The notes below the pieces were generated by a model. It was not told the origin of the DNA and ran no database searches. It worked only from the letters and a program-made list of their open reading frames with translations. From Spirochaetota bacterium (lineage in GTDB: Bacteria > Spirochaetota > UBA4802 > UBA5550), in contig JAFGBT010000004.1 of assembly GCA_016933025.1 (NCBI GenBank), positions 1,598 to 65,597 on the forward strand: 64,000 bases of DNA. The letters run 5' to 3'. Each line of letters starts with the position of its first letter. The stretch's first letter is position 1. The translations under genes and the position numbers were made by a program. Shown in pieces: positions 8,725 to 17,809 of the stretch.

Positions 8725-9891
8725 ATGCAACATTCACGCCTGTTCGGCATTGTTATAATAGCAACACTGTCAGTATCACTGTCATGCAGCGACGATACCG
8801 GCGGTGACAATGCCGCCGCCCTATTATTTCTCCTCGGGTCACGAAACTACTACCTCGGCCTGACTCCATTCCCCTTCGATATTTCGAGCGTGGACAAGGT
8901 TGAATACGTGTACGATAAAATACGTGCCGACGCCGACATGATCGTGCACCATTTCGACAACGGCATACCCTGGGACGACGCGCTGGCGGACACCTATCCA
9001 TACACGGCAAAGGTCATGGACGACTGGGCGTTTCGTAAAAGCCATATCCCCGCCGGTCACCGGCTCTACGTGGCCGTCACCCCGATAAACAGCATGCGCG
9101 ACGGCCTGGCTCCAGACTGGAATTCGACCGGCGACAACCAGCCCCTCTCGCCGCCGTGGGACGGATACGACTTCAACCATAACGACGTGAAGACGGCATA
9201 TCTCAATTACTGCAGGAGGGTTATTGCCTACTTTAGTCCCGACTATATAGCAGTGGGCGTCGAGGTGAACCTGGTCAGGGAAAAAACCCTCCGGTGGGCC
9301 TCGTACCTGGAACTGCACCAGGGCGTCTACGCGACTCTCAAGGCCGAAAATCCCTCACTCCCGATATTCGTGACCCTTACCGGGATTGACCTCGTGGACG
9401 ACTACTCCGATTCCAATCACGCGGAGCAGATGGCCGCCCTGGCGGATATCACCGATTACACCGATTACTACGCCATTTCACTGCACCCGTTTTTCGCCGA
9501 GATTCCTGACGCGATACTCCCGGATGACATGTTCGACCGGATCTTTTCATCGGGACTCAACACGGCCGGCAAGCCGGCCTGTATAACGGAGACCAGCTTC
9601 CCGGCCGAAGAGCTCACAATGACCGACTACGACCCCGACATCACCCTCGCCGGCACCGAAGCGAAACAGCGTGCCTACTTCTCCCTGCTCTTGCGCGAAG
9701 CGGAAAAGCACAACCTGCTCTTCGTGGTAAACTTTCTCGTGCGGGACTATGACGTGCTGTGGGAAACAACTCTGGGCGCACCCGAAGACATCCTCAAGGC
9801 ATGGCGCGACACCGGCTTCTACGATGAGGATGGCGACCCCCGCCCCGCCCTGGCCGTGTGGAAATCGCGGCTCCGCCTTCCGGTGAAATGA
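8725..9891 (+). CDS. Lipoprotein with glycoside-hydrolase-like TIM barrel (clan GH-A-like)
   Basis: Start MQHSRL; lipobox SLSC; AVGVEVN (acid/base-like Glu) and CITETSFP (nucleophile-like Glu). Confidence 0.55.
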   Translation: MQHSRLFGIVIIATLSVSLSCSDDTGGDNAAALLFLLGSRNYYLGLTPFPFDISSVDKVEYVYDKIRADADMIVHHFDNGIPWDDALADTYPYTAKVMDDWAFRKSHIPAGHRLYVAVTPINSMRDGLAPDWNSTGDNQPLSPPWDGYDFNHNDVKTAYLNYCRRVIAYFSPDYIAVGVEVNLVREKTLRWASYLELHQGVYATLKAENPSLPIFVTLTGIDLVDDYSDSNHAEQMAALADITDYTDYYAISLHPFFAEIPDAILPDDMFDRIFSSGLNTAGKPACITETSFPAEELTMTDYDPDITLAGTEAKQRAYFSLLLREAEKHNLLFVVNFLVRDYDVLWETTLGAPEDILKAWRDTGFYDEDGDPRPALAVWKSRLRLPVK

Positions 9892-9913
9892 CTTGACATT
9901 AAACAGGTCCCGG

Positions 9914-9932
9914 ATACATCTAATTCATGTAT
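9914..9932. promoter_or_regulatory. Candidate TetR autoregulatory operator
   Basis: ATACAT-N7-ATGTAT inverted repeat between TTGACA (9893-9898) and the tetR start. Confidence 0.35.
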
Positions 9933-9942
9933 TGAACTGCGC

Positions 9943-10584
9943 ATGAAACAACCGATGAAAAAGAAATACCACAAGGAAACCTTCGAAAAAATTTCGGAAG
10001 AAAAGAGAAACCGTCTGATCGAGACCTGCATCAAGCTCGCCGGCCGAAACGGGCTCGCGAACACCAAAATCGAGGACATCGCCAAGGAGATGGGGATTTC
10101 ATACGGCTCCATCTACTCCTATTTCGCCTCAAAGGAGGACCTCGGCCACACCATCATCACCAGGGGCATCGAGCTCGAGATGAGGACCTTCGAGCAGCCG
10201 GCAAACTTCACGGACACCTTTTCCCATATCCAGGCCGTGTTCGAGCGGTCGTTGAAGATCGGGCTGGAACAGCCCGAGCTGATCTGTCTCTGGCATGAAG
10301 TGAGCCTGCCGTACAATCATCAGTACTCGGGCCACACCACCGAGCTCTTCCGCCTGGGCGTCGTCGAATGGAAGGAGATACTGAAAAAGGGCGTGGCGCG
10401 GGGCGATATACGCAAGGACATAGACATCGACACGATGGCGTTCATCCTGAACGCCATCGCCTCACAGTTACTGAGGTACAACATGTCGGAATATCAGAAG
10501 ATGAAGCGAACGATCCACTTTTCCCGCAACCAGGACAACCCGATACCGGACATCATGGCGGAACTGAAGAAAATGCTCGCCTGA
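9943..10584 (+). CDS. TetR/AcrR family transcriptional regulator
   Basis: HTH GLANTKIEDIAKEMGISYGSIYSYFASKEDL; C-terminal GVARGDIRKDID. Confidence 0.92.
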   Translation: MKQPMKKKYHKETFEKISEEKRNRLIETCIKLAGRNGLANTKIEDIAKEMGISYGSIYSYFASKEDLGHTIITRGIELEMRTFEQPANFTDTFSHIQAVFERSLKIGLEQPELICLWHEVSLPYNHQYSGHTTELFRLGVVEWKEILKKGVARGDIRKDIDIDTMAFILNAIASQLLRYNMSEYQKMKRTIHFSRNQDNPIPDIMAELKKMLA

Positions 10585-10640
10585 GTTGTCGCTGAATTAT
10601 TAGATAATTTCACCCGTCTGATATCATCAAGTAGCTATTG

Positions 10641-10673
10641 CCCCCTCTCCTTACAGGAGAGGGGGTGAGGTCA
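10641..10673 (-). repeat. Hairpin repeat CCTCACCCCCTCTCC..GGAGAGGGGG directly after the icmF stop
   Basis: CCCCCTCTCC-TTACA-GGAGAGGGGG stem; same GGGGGTGAGGTCA end as 5915-5927; probable terminator function. Confidence 0.6.
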
Positions 10674-13600
10674 CATGCTCCTTCTGAACTGCCCCCCGAC
10701 CTCGTACAGGGCGCTGGTAATCTGCCCGATGGAGCAGTGGCGGACCGTGTTCATCATCTCGGCGAATATATTTTCCCCCGACAGGGCGGCCTCCTGAAGC
10801 CTTTTAAGGGCCGCGGGCGCCTCTTTGCTGTTCCGCCCGTGAAAGTCTGCAAGCCGCCTCAGCTGGGACTCCTTCTCCTCTTCCGTGGCGCGCGCCAGCT
10901 CCACCTTCACGATCTCGCCGCCGTGTGTAGTTTCGCCGTCGACGAACGTGTTCACGCCGATTATGGGAAGCCCTCCCGAGTGCTTCAGGTGCTCGTAGCG
11001 CATCGACTCGTCCTGGATCTGGCTCCGCTGGTACCCCTTTTCCATGGCGCCCAGGACGCCGCCCCGCTCCGTGATCCGGTCGAACTCGGCGAGGACCGCC
11101 TCCTCGACCAGGCGCGTCAGCTCCTCCACGATGAAGCTCCCCTGCTCCGGGTTTTCGTTGCGCGCCAGGCCCCACTCGCGGTTGATTATCTGCTGGATCG
11201 CCACGGCCCGCCGCACCGACTCGCGGCTCGGCGTGGTGATCGCCTCATCGTAGGCGTTGGTGTGCAGACTGTTGCAGTTGTCGTAGACCGCGCAGAGCGC
11301 CTGCAGTGTCGTGCGTATGTCGTTGAACTGGATCTCCTGGCTGTGGAGCGACCGGCCCGAGGTCTGTATATGGTATTTGAGCATCTGCGAGCGCGGCCCC
11401 GCCTTGTACTTCTCGCGCATGGCGACCGCCCAGATGCGCCGCGCCACGCGGCCGATCACCGTGTACTCCGGGTCCATGCCGTTGGAGAAAAAGAAGGATA
11501 GGTTCGGCGCGAAGCTGTCGATCGGCATTCCCCGCGACAGGTAGTATTCCACGTAGGTGAACCCGTTCGCCAGGGTGAAGGCGAGCTGGGTGATCGGGTT
11601 GGCGCCCGCCTCCGCTATGTGGTAGCCGGATATTGAAACCGAATAGAGATTGCGCACGTTGTTTTCGATGAAGAACTGCTGTATGTCGCCCATCATCCTG
11701 AGGGCGAAGTCGATCGAGAAAATGCAGGTGTTCTGGCCCTGGTCCTCCTTCAGGATGTCGGCCTGTACCGTGCCGCGCACGTTCGACAGGACCGCGGCGC
11801 GGAGGGAATCATACTCGTCTTTCTTGGGCTCCCTCCTCTTCTCGGCCCGGAAACGGTCAACCTGCTGATCGACGGCCGTGTTCAGGAACATCGCCAGCAT
11901 GATGGGCGCCGGCCCGTTGATGGTCATGGAGACCGACGTGTTGGGGGCGCAGAGATCGAACCCGCCGTAGAGCACCTTCACGTCGTCGAGAGTGCAGACG
12001 CTCACCCCTGACGTCCCGACCTTGCCGTAGATGTCGGGCCTGGTGTCGGGGTCCCTGCCGTAGAGGGTGACTGAATCGAAGGCGGTCGAGAGCCGCTTCG
12101 CCTCGAAGTTCGCCGACAGGAGCTTGAAGCGCGCGTTGGTCCGCTCCGGGTTGCCCTCGCCCGCGAACATGCGCGTCGGGTCCTCGTTCATACGTTTCAG
12201 CGGGAACACCCCGGCAGTGTAGGGAAACCATCCGGGTATGTTCTCCTCCCGCATCCACCGGTACACCTCGCCCGGGTCGGTGAAACGCGGCAGGGCGATC
12301 TTGGGAATCCTCTTTCGGGAGAGCGATTCGTAGTAGAGGGGCGTCCGGATCTCCTGATCGCGAACCAGGTAGACGAGCTCGTCCTTCCGGTAATCCTCTC
12401 GTATCACGTCCCACTGGTACAACAGATAGGTTGTCTCGCTTTCAATCAGCGGCTCCATGCGCGCCGCCTCGTCATTCAGGCGCTCGACCATCGCCGCAGT
12501 CTCCTCGCTTCCCTCCAGACGGGCGGCCGACTCGCGGAGATGCCAAATGGCCCGCACGATATCGGCCTGCTCCCCCGTGCGGCGGTGATAGTTCCGCACC
12601 GTGTCCGCGATTTCCGCCAGGTAGCGTACCCGCCGGGGGGGTATAATGATGGTCTTGGACGATGAGGCGCGCGAGGCCGGCCGGGGCATGGGTGATGCGA
12701 ACGAGGTCCCCTTCTTCCGGTTCACCAAATCAAGCAGATGATGATACAGAGCCGTTACGCCGTCGTCGTTGAAGCGCGAGGCTATCGTTCCAAAGACCGG
12801 CATCTCCTCCGCCGGCCTGTCAAACTCCTTGCGGTTCCGCTGAACCTGCTTGCGTACGTCGCGAAGAGCGTCATCAGCCCCTTCCTTTTCAAATTTATTG
12901 ATAACGACAACGTCCGCGTAATCGAGCATGGCGATCTTCTCGAGCTGGGACGCAGCGCCGTACTCGCTCGTCATCACGTACATAGAGCTGTCCACGACCT
13001 CGGCTATCCGGGCGCTCCCCTGCCCTATGCCGGCGGTCTCGGCTATCGCCAGGTCGAACCCGGCCGCGGCGGCGACGAGAAGGGAATCCGCCAGCGCATC
13101 GGAAAAGTCGGCGTTGGAATAATCAGCCGCAAACGAACGCATGTAGACGCGCGGGGAAGTGATCGCGTTCATCCTGATCCTGTCGCCCAGGAGAGCGCCG
13201 CCGCTCCTGCGCCTCGCCGGATCGCTGCAGAGGACCGCCACGTGCATCTCTGGGAAATCGTGGAGCAGACGCACGATGAGCTCGTCAATGAGGGACGATT
13301 TGCCCGCGCCCCCAGTGCCGGTGACGCCGATCACCGGCATCTTCCTGCCGGCGGCCGTCTTCTCCAGCTTTTTACGGGTCGGCGCGAATCCGTCTTCCCC
13401 CGTCTTGTGGCCCATCTCAGCCGCCGTGATCAGCCGGGCTATGGCGCCCTTGCTCTTCGGCGAGAGCCCCTTGAGCGCTCCCCCCGTCTCCTCGGGGAGG
13501 GGATAATCAATATTCCGCACTAGGTGGTTGATGATGCCCTGCAGGCCCCACTCGGCGCCGTGCTCAGGCGTATAGACCTTCACCACGCCATAGTCCTCGA

Positions 13601-13940
13601 GCTCTGCCACCTCCTCTGCGACGATCACGCCGCCGCCGCCGCCGAAGACCCTGATATGCGGGGCCCCCCGCTCTTTCAATAAATCGATGATATATTTGAA
13701 GAATTCCATATGGCCGCCCTGATAGCTCGACACGGCGATGCCCTGCGCGTCCTCATCTATGGCCGCGCTGACGATCTCGTCGACCGACCGGTTATGCCCC
13801 AGGTGGATGACCTCGACGCCGGTATCCTGTAATATTCTCCTGAAAATATTGATGGCGACGTCATGCCCGTCAAACAGGGAGGTTGCGGTCACCACCCTGA
13901 TGCGGTTTTTCGGCCTGTAAATCTCATTATCCATTGTCAT
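10671..13940 (-). CDS. icmF: Fused isobutyryl-CoA mutase / MeaB-like GTPase
   Basis: 1089 aa; N-terminal B12-binding domain (FDGHD), G-domain GTGGAGKSS, mutase barrel with RMFAGEG, GTVQADILKEDQGQ, YHIQTSGRSLH. Confidence 0.95.
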   Translation of the reverse strand: MTMDNEIYRPKNRIRVVTATSLFDGHDVAINIFRRILQDTGVEVIHLGHNRSVDEIVSAAIDEDAQGIAVSSYQGGHMEFFKYIIDLLKERGAPHIRVFGGGGGVIVAEEVAELEDYGVVKVYTPEHGAEWGLQGIINHLVRNIDYPLPEETGGALKGLSPKSKGAIARLITAAEMGHKTGEDGFAPTRKKLEKTAAGRKMPVIGVTGTGGAGKSSLIDELIVRLLHDFPEMHVAVLCSDPARRRSGGALLGDRIRMNAITSPRVYMRSFAADYSNADFSDALADSLLVAAAAGFDLAIAETAGIGQGSARIAEVVDSSMYVMTSEYGAASQLEKIAMLDYADVVVINKFEKEGADDALRDVRKQVQRNRKEFDRPAEEMPVFGTIASRFNDDGVTALYHHLLDLVNRKKGTSFASPMPRPASRASSSKTIIIPPRRVRYLAEIADTVRNYHRRTGEQADIVRAIWHLRESAARLEGSEETAAMVERLNDEAARMEPLIESETTYLLYQWDVIREDYRKDELVYLVRDQEIRTPLYYESLSRKRIPKIALPRFTDPGEVYRWMREENIPGWFPYTAGVFPLKRMNEDPTRMFAGEGNPERTNARFKLLSANFEAKRLSTAFDSVTLYGRDPDTRPDIYGKVGTSGVSVCTLDDVKVLYGGFDLCAPNTSVSMTINGPAPIMLAMFLNTAVDQQVDRFRAEKRREPKKDEYDSLRAAVLSNVRGTVQADILKEDQGQNTCIFSIDFALRMMGDIQQFFIENNVRNLYSVSISGYHIAEAGANPITQLAFTLANGFTYVEYYLSRGMPIDSFAPNLSFFFSNGMDPEYTVIGRVARRIWAVAMREKYKAGPRSQMLKYHIQTSGRSLHSQEIQFNDIRTTLQALCAVYDNCNSLHTNAYDEAITTPSRESVRRAVAIQQIINREWGLARNENPEQGSFIVEELTRLVEEAVLAEFDRITERGGVLGAMEKGYQRSQIQDESMRYEHLKHSGGLPIIGVNTFVDGETTHGGEIVKVELARATEEEKESQLRRLADFHGRNSKEAPAALKRLQEAALSGENIFAEMMNTVRHCSIGQITSALYEVGGQFRRSM

Positions 13941-14031
13941 TCTGTCCCATAATACGTTGCCGGCCGGCGGGCGGTCCGGGCGAATGGGTACGTTTCTCGT
14001 TTTTTATTTTTTTTCTGTCAAGAAATATCCG

Positions 14032-14577
14032 TCAATCCGGGCACTCAAAATAGTGTTTCAGGGAATCCTTTATTTTACGGCTCACCTGGTTCTGCATCTT
14101 GCGCATCCGGTAGACCGATATGCCGCTGTCCCTCGCCATCGATGCGCCCGTTCTGTTGCCGAAATTCCTCTCGATGAAAAGCTCCCGCATCTTGACGGGG
14201 AACGAGCGAATCGCATCGCTCATGGTCGATATAATCTCCCCCTTCATGTAGGAGTTCTCGATATCCTCGTAAAACTGCCGGTCCATCACAACCTCCTCGA
14301 AATGCCTGCTCTGAAGCCGTTCATCCTCCAGCCGCTTTCTCCTTAAATAATCTATTGCCCTGTTTTTTGCAGCGGTGAAGAGATAATTCAGCGTGCGTGG
14401 CGAATCGGGATCAAGGTTGATGCATTTCTCAAAAACTTTCATGAAAACATCCTGCGCAAGCTCCTCGGAAATGTCCCGATTGTATACAATCCTGTTCAGG
14501 AAGCGGTTAACTGCCCCCGAGTACCTCATATAAATCCGGGTGAATTGTTCATTGTAATCCAAATTCGATTCCATCAT
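14032..14577 (-). CDS. ECF-type RNA polymerase sigma factor
   Basis: Region 2 motifs EELAQDVFMKVF and YLFTAAKNRAIDYLRR; divergent region 4; no adjacent anti-sigma gene. Confidence 0.8.
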   Translation of the reverse strand: MMESNLDYNEQFTRIYMRYSGAVNRFLNRIVYNRDISEELAQDVFMKVFEKCINLDPDSPRTLNYLFTAAKNRAIDYLRRKRLEDERLQSRHFEEVVMDRQFYEDIENSYMKGEIISTMSDAIRSFPVKMRELFIERNFGNRTGASMARDSGISVYRMRKMQNQVSRKIKDSLKHYFECPD

Positions 14578-14733
14578 ATCCTCCCCTTTCTGGTGTCATT
14601 ATCTGGATTAATAACAAGAAACCTACCGGGGCGCAACGGGAAGGGAATGAACGCTACCGCCAGCGGCATGAAGGATACGGGAAGGACCTTGAACGCGCGG
14701 AACGCCCGGAATCAGCAGATATCCGGTATCAAA

Positions 14734-15738
14734 TCAGGCAAGCCTCGCAAGGAGCCTGTTATTACCGGTCCTGATGCGTATTTTATTGTGCTTGCGCAAC
14801 ACCTGGGCGTGGGTGTACGCTTCTGATACCGAAAGATAAATTTCCAGGGGCCAGCGCGTCCATGCAACATCAGGAAATAGCCGCCGAGCCGTCTGGTATA
14901 TGCTCTTCTCGCCGGAGCTCAGAATTGAAAGGATGCTTTTTTCTCTTTCAGCAAAGCATATCCGGTACTGCTCGACCAGTTCCCGCAAATTGACGATCTC
15001 CTCGCCATGCGACGGGTATATGATCGAGGGGCCGAGGGCCTCGATTTTTGACAGGGAATTATAGAACTCTTCCTGGCTCAGGCGATCGGAAAGAATGGAG
15101 TAGTGGTCGAGTATGACAAAGGCGTTCGGAGTAATATGCGACAGGACGGTATCGCCGGTAAAGATAATTTTTTCATTTTCAATGAAGAGAGATATCGAAC
15201 CGGCCGTATGTCCGGGAGTTGAGACAACCCTCGCGTCGTAATTTCCAAGCCTGATGACGTTCCCGTCCCTCAGCAGCGCGTCGACCCGGCAATTGCTCGA
15301 CAGGAACTTGAAGACGAGAGCGATCAGCCGGACCGATTGTCTAAAGAGCCAGGGCACGCCCATCATCTTCAGATACATGGCGATGGTTTTTTTTGAAACC
15401 TCGAACCCGGTCTCTATCGAATGGACCTCCCGCGCGTGAGCGGCCACGGAGACCCGACCCCCCTTCGCGCGGCCAATCCTTCGCGCGGCGCCGCAGTGAT
15501 CGGGGTGGCCGTGGGTAATGACAATCTGGCGAATATCCGAAAAGGAGAGGCCCAGCTCGCCCAGCGCATTTCGGAGAAGGCCGGCGGTACGGAGCGTTCC
15601 CGTGTCGAGGAGGGTCACGATCTCGCCAAGAAAAAGATATACATGTATGGGGCCGGGTTTCCTGCCGGGCAGCGGGAGAGTGAGCCGGTAAATATCCGGA
15701 TGTATTTCAGTGAAATGTCCCTTCTTCTTCATATGCAC
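14734..15738 (-). CDS. MBL-fold metallo-hydrolase
   Basis: THGHPDHCG, TPGHTAG, FTGDTVL, YPSHG. Confidence 0.9.
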   Translation of the reverse strand: MHMKKKGHFTEIHPDIYRLTLPLPGRKPGPIHVYLFLGEIVTLLDTGTLRTAGLLRNALGELGLSFSDIRQIVITHGHPDHCGAARRIGRAKGGRVSVAAHAREVHSIETGFEVSKKTIAMYLKMMGVPWLFRQSVRLIALVFKFLSSNCRVDALLRDGNVIRLGNYDARVVSTPGHTAGSISLFIENEKIIFTGDTVLSHITPNAFVILDHYSILSDRLSQEEFYNSLSKIEALGPSIIYPSHGEEIVNLRELVEQYRICFAEREKSILSILSSGEKSIYQTARRLFPDVAWTRWPLEIYLSVSEAYTHAQVLRKHNKIRIRTGNNRLLARLA

Positions 15739-15855
15739 ACTAAAGTCCGAACGGTCGCGTCAGGCCCCGGTGCTGCCACACCGGCCTCATGCGATTCTCT
15801 CAATCAGGGATTCATACGAAAAAGAGGGTCAAGAATTAAACAGACTCCACAGGTA

Positions 15856-15964
15856 GAAGAATTCTGGTATACCTGTTATGTGCAATGTGATTTTTCCCGC
15901 GCCTGGAAGAACGCGTGGAGCGACACGCCGCGTGTCTCATGAAGAATTTAGGTATACCTGCTAT
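15856..15964. promoter_or_regulatory. Two 24-bp direct repeats (85-bp period) in the divergent MBL/CoA-ligase intergenic region
   Basis: GAAGAATTCTGGTATACCTGTTAT (15856-15879) vs GAAGAATTTAGGTATACCTGCTAT (15941-15964), 21/24 identical; palindromic core GGTATACC. Confidence 0.55.
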
Positions 15965-16036
15965 TCGCTTGAAAAATCGTGTAAAATTCATATTATAATT
16001 TCAGTACAGCAAAAAATGCAAATCGCCGGGGGTCTC

Positions 16037-17785
16037 ATGTCTATGGATACACATGTACTGAAACGCCGCATCGAGCTGGCCCGGATTTTCGCGCGGGCCG
16101 TGTATTGGGTTTTCTTCGGCGTATTCAGGGATGAACTGCGAAGGGGGACGCTGCTTAAAAACATATGGGCCTTCCTTTTTTCGAAGGCCAAGGGCGATAT
16201 AACTGAAGACATGTCATGGGCGGAACTCCTTGAAGAAAGGGGAGCGCAGGTACCGAACAAGGTATTCCTGTATTATAATTACGAGAGATTCACCTACCGG
16301 CAGATGAACCAGAATGCGGACCACATTGCGGACCTGCTTCTGGCAATGGGCGGCGGAAAGGGCAAAGGAATCGGCATCTTTATGAGAAACTCCCCCCGGT
16401 ACCTCGATATCTTTTTCGGCGCTCAGAAAATTGGCATGTATGTATTATTGATCAACGCTGAACTACGGGGAGACGGCCTCAGCTACGTGATAAATCACAG
16501 CGATATCGAATACCTGGTGCTGGATGCCGAGTTGATCGAGCCCTTTTCGGCCGTTTCCTCATCCGCCACCCTCCTGAAAAAAGTAATCGTAAATGATATC
16601 GAAAAGGAATCGGAGGGGTACCTCATTCCCGACCACATGGTCCGGCTCAGCGATCCGCGCGTCGGCCGCGCCGCGGCAAACGGGTCCCGCCGCGGATACC
16701 ACAAGGATGATGTATGCCTGATTATTTACACATCCGGAACAACAGGCAATCCCAAGGGAGTCGTGTACCGGTACGGGAGATCGAGCGTTAAAAAGCTGAG
16801 TATCATAGCCGGCTTTACCCTCACCGAGAAAGACATTTATTACACATGCCTTCCGCTGAGCCATGGGAACGCACTTTTCATGACCGTGACCGTCGCCATG
16901 GCGGTCAGGGCGTCCGTCGCCCTGGGCCGGAAATTTTCCGCACGGAACTTCTGGGACGATATACGGAAGTATAACGCCACCGTCTTCAACGCCACCGGCT
17001 CAATCATTCCAATATTAATGAAACAGCCGGAGCGGCTAAAGGACCGGCTGAACCATGTCCGCTACGTTCTGTCATCGGCCTGCCCGGCCCACCTGTGGGA
17101 ACGGTTCGAAAAACGCTTCGGAGTAAAAATTTACGAGGCCTACAGCGCGGTTGACGGGGGCGGCAAGGGGGTCATCAACTACGGCTCGGCTCCTGTCGGC
17201 TCATTTGGCAAGCCCTCCGGCTTTCTGGGTAAATTCAGGGTCATTGATGAAGACGGCAACGATGTCCGCGTTGGAGCGACGGGCGAACTCATATACGAGG
17301 TGGGGATCGATACGAAGCGGTTTGAATACTATAAAAGCACAGGCGCAACCAGTGACAAGGTTCGGGAAGGATGGCTCTACACCGGCGACCTGGTCTGGTA
17401 CGACAGCAGGGGCTATTTTTATTTCGCCGGCCGGAAAACCGACTCGATGCGCAGGGGAGGCATGAACGTCTCCGCGCACGAGGTTGAGAGCGTCATCATG
17501 AAGCACCCGGCGGTGGAGGAAGTCGCGGTCTACCCGGTTCCGTCGGAGCTCTCCGAGGACGAGATAATGGCCGCGGTCAAGCTGGTAGACGGGCATATCC
17601 TGAACCCACAGGAGCTCATCGAATATCTCGAGGGGAAGCTGGCCCGGTATGCCATACCTCGCTTTATACGGTTTGTCGATGAATTCACCGTCACCAGCAC
17701 CTATCGGATAATAAAGGACGAGATTAAGAAAGAGGGGGTCACGCCGGATTCATACGACGCGCGTGTTGCCGCTGTCCGCTTGTGA
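16037..17785 (+). CDS. Acyl-CoA synthetase (AMP-binding; CaiC/FATP-like)
   Basis: IYTSGTTGNPKG, YEAYSAVDG, WLYTGDL, FAGRKTDSMRRGG.NVS; start placed at MSMDTH. Confidence 0.9.
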   Translation: MSMDTHVLKRRIELARIFARAVYWVFFGVFRDELRRGTLLKNIWAFLFSKAKGDITEDMSWAELLEERGAQVPNKVFLYYNYERFTYRQMNQNADHIADLLLAMGGGKGKGIGIFMRNSPRYLDIFFGAQKIGMYVLLINAELRGDGLSYVINHSDIEYLVLDAELIEPFSAVSSSATLLKKVIVNDIEKESEGYLIPDHMVRLSDPRVGRAAANGSRRGYHKDDVCLIIYTSGTTGNPKGVVYRYGRSSVKKLSIIAGFTLTEKDIYYTCLPLSHGNALFMTVTVAMAVRASVALGRKFSARNFWDDIRKYNATVFNATGSIIPILMKQPERLKDRLNHVRYVLSSACPAHLWERFEKRFGVKIYEAYSAVDGGGKGVINYGSAPVGSFGKPSGFLGKFRVIDEDGNDVRVGATGELIYEVGIDTKRFEYYKSTGATSDKVREGWLYTGDLVWYDSRGYFYFAGRKTDSMRRGGMNVSAHEVESVIMKHPAVEEVAVYPVPSELSEDEIMAAVKLVDGHILNPQELIEYLEGKLARYAIPRFIRFVDEFTVTSTYRIIKDEIKKEGVTPDSYDARVAAVRL

Positions 17786-17809
17786 GGCGGCCGGCCCCGG
17801 GGAACAACA

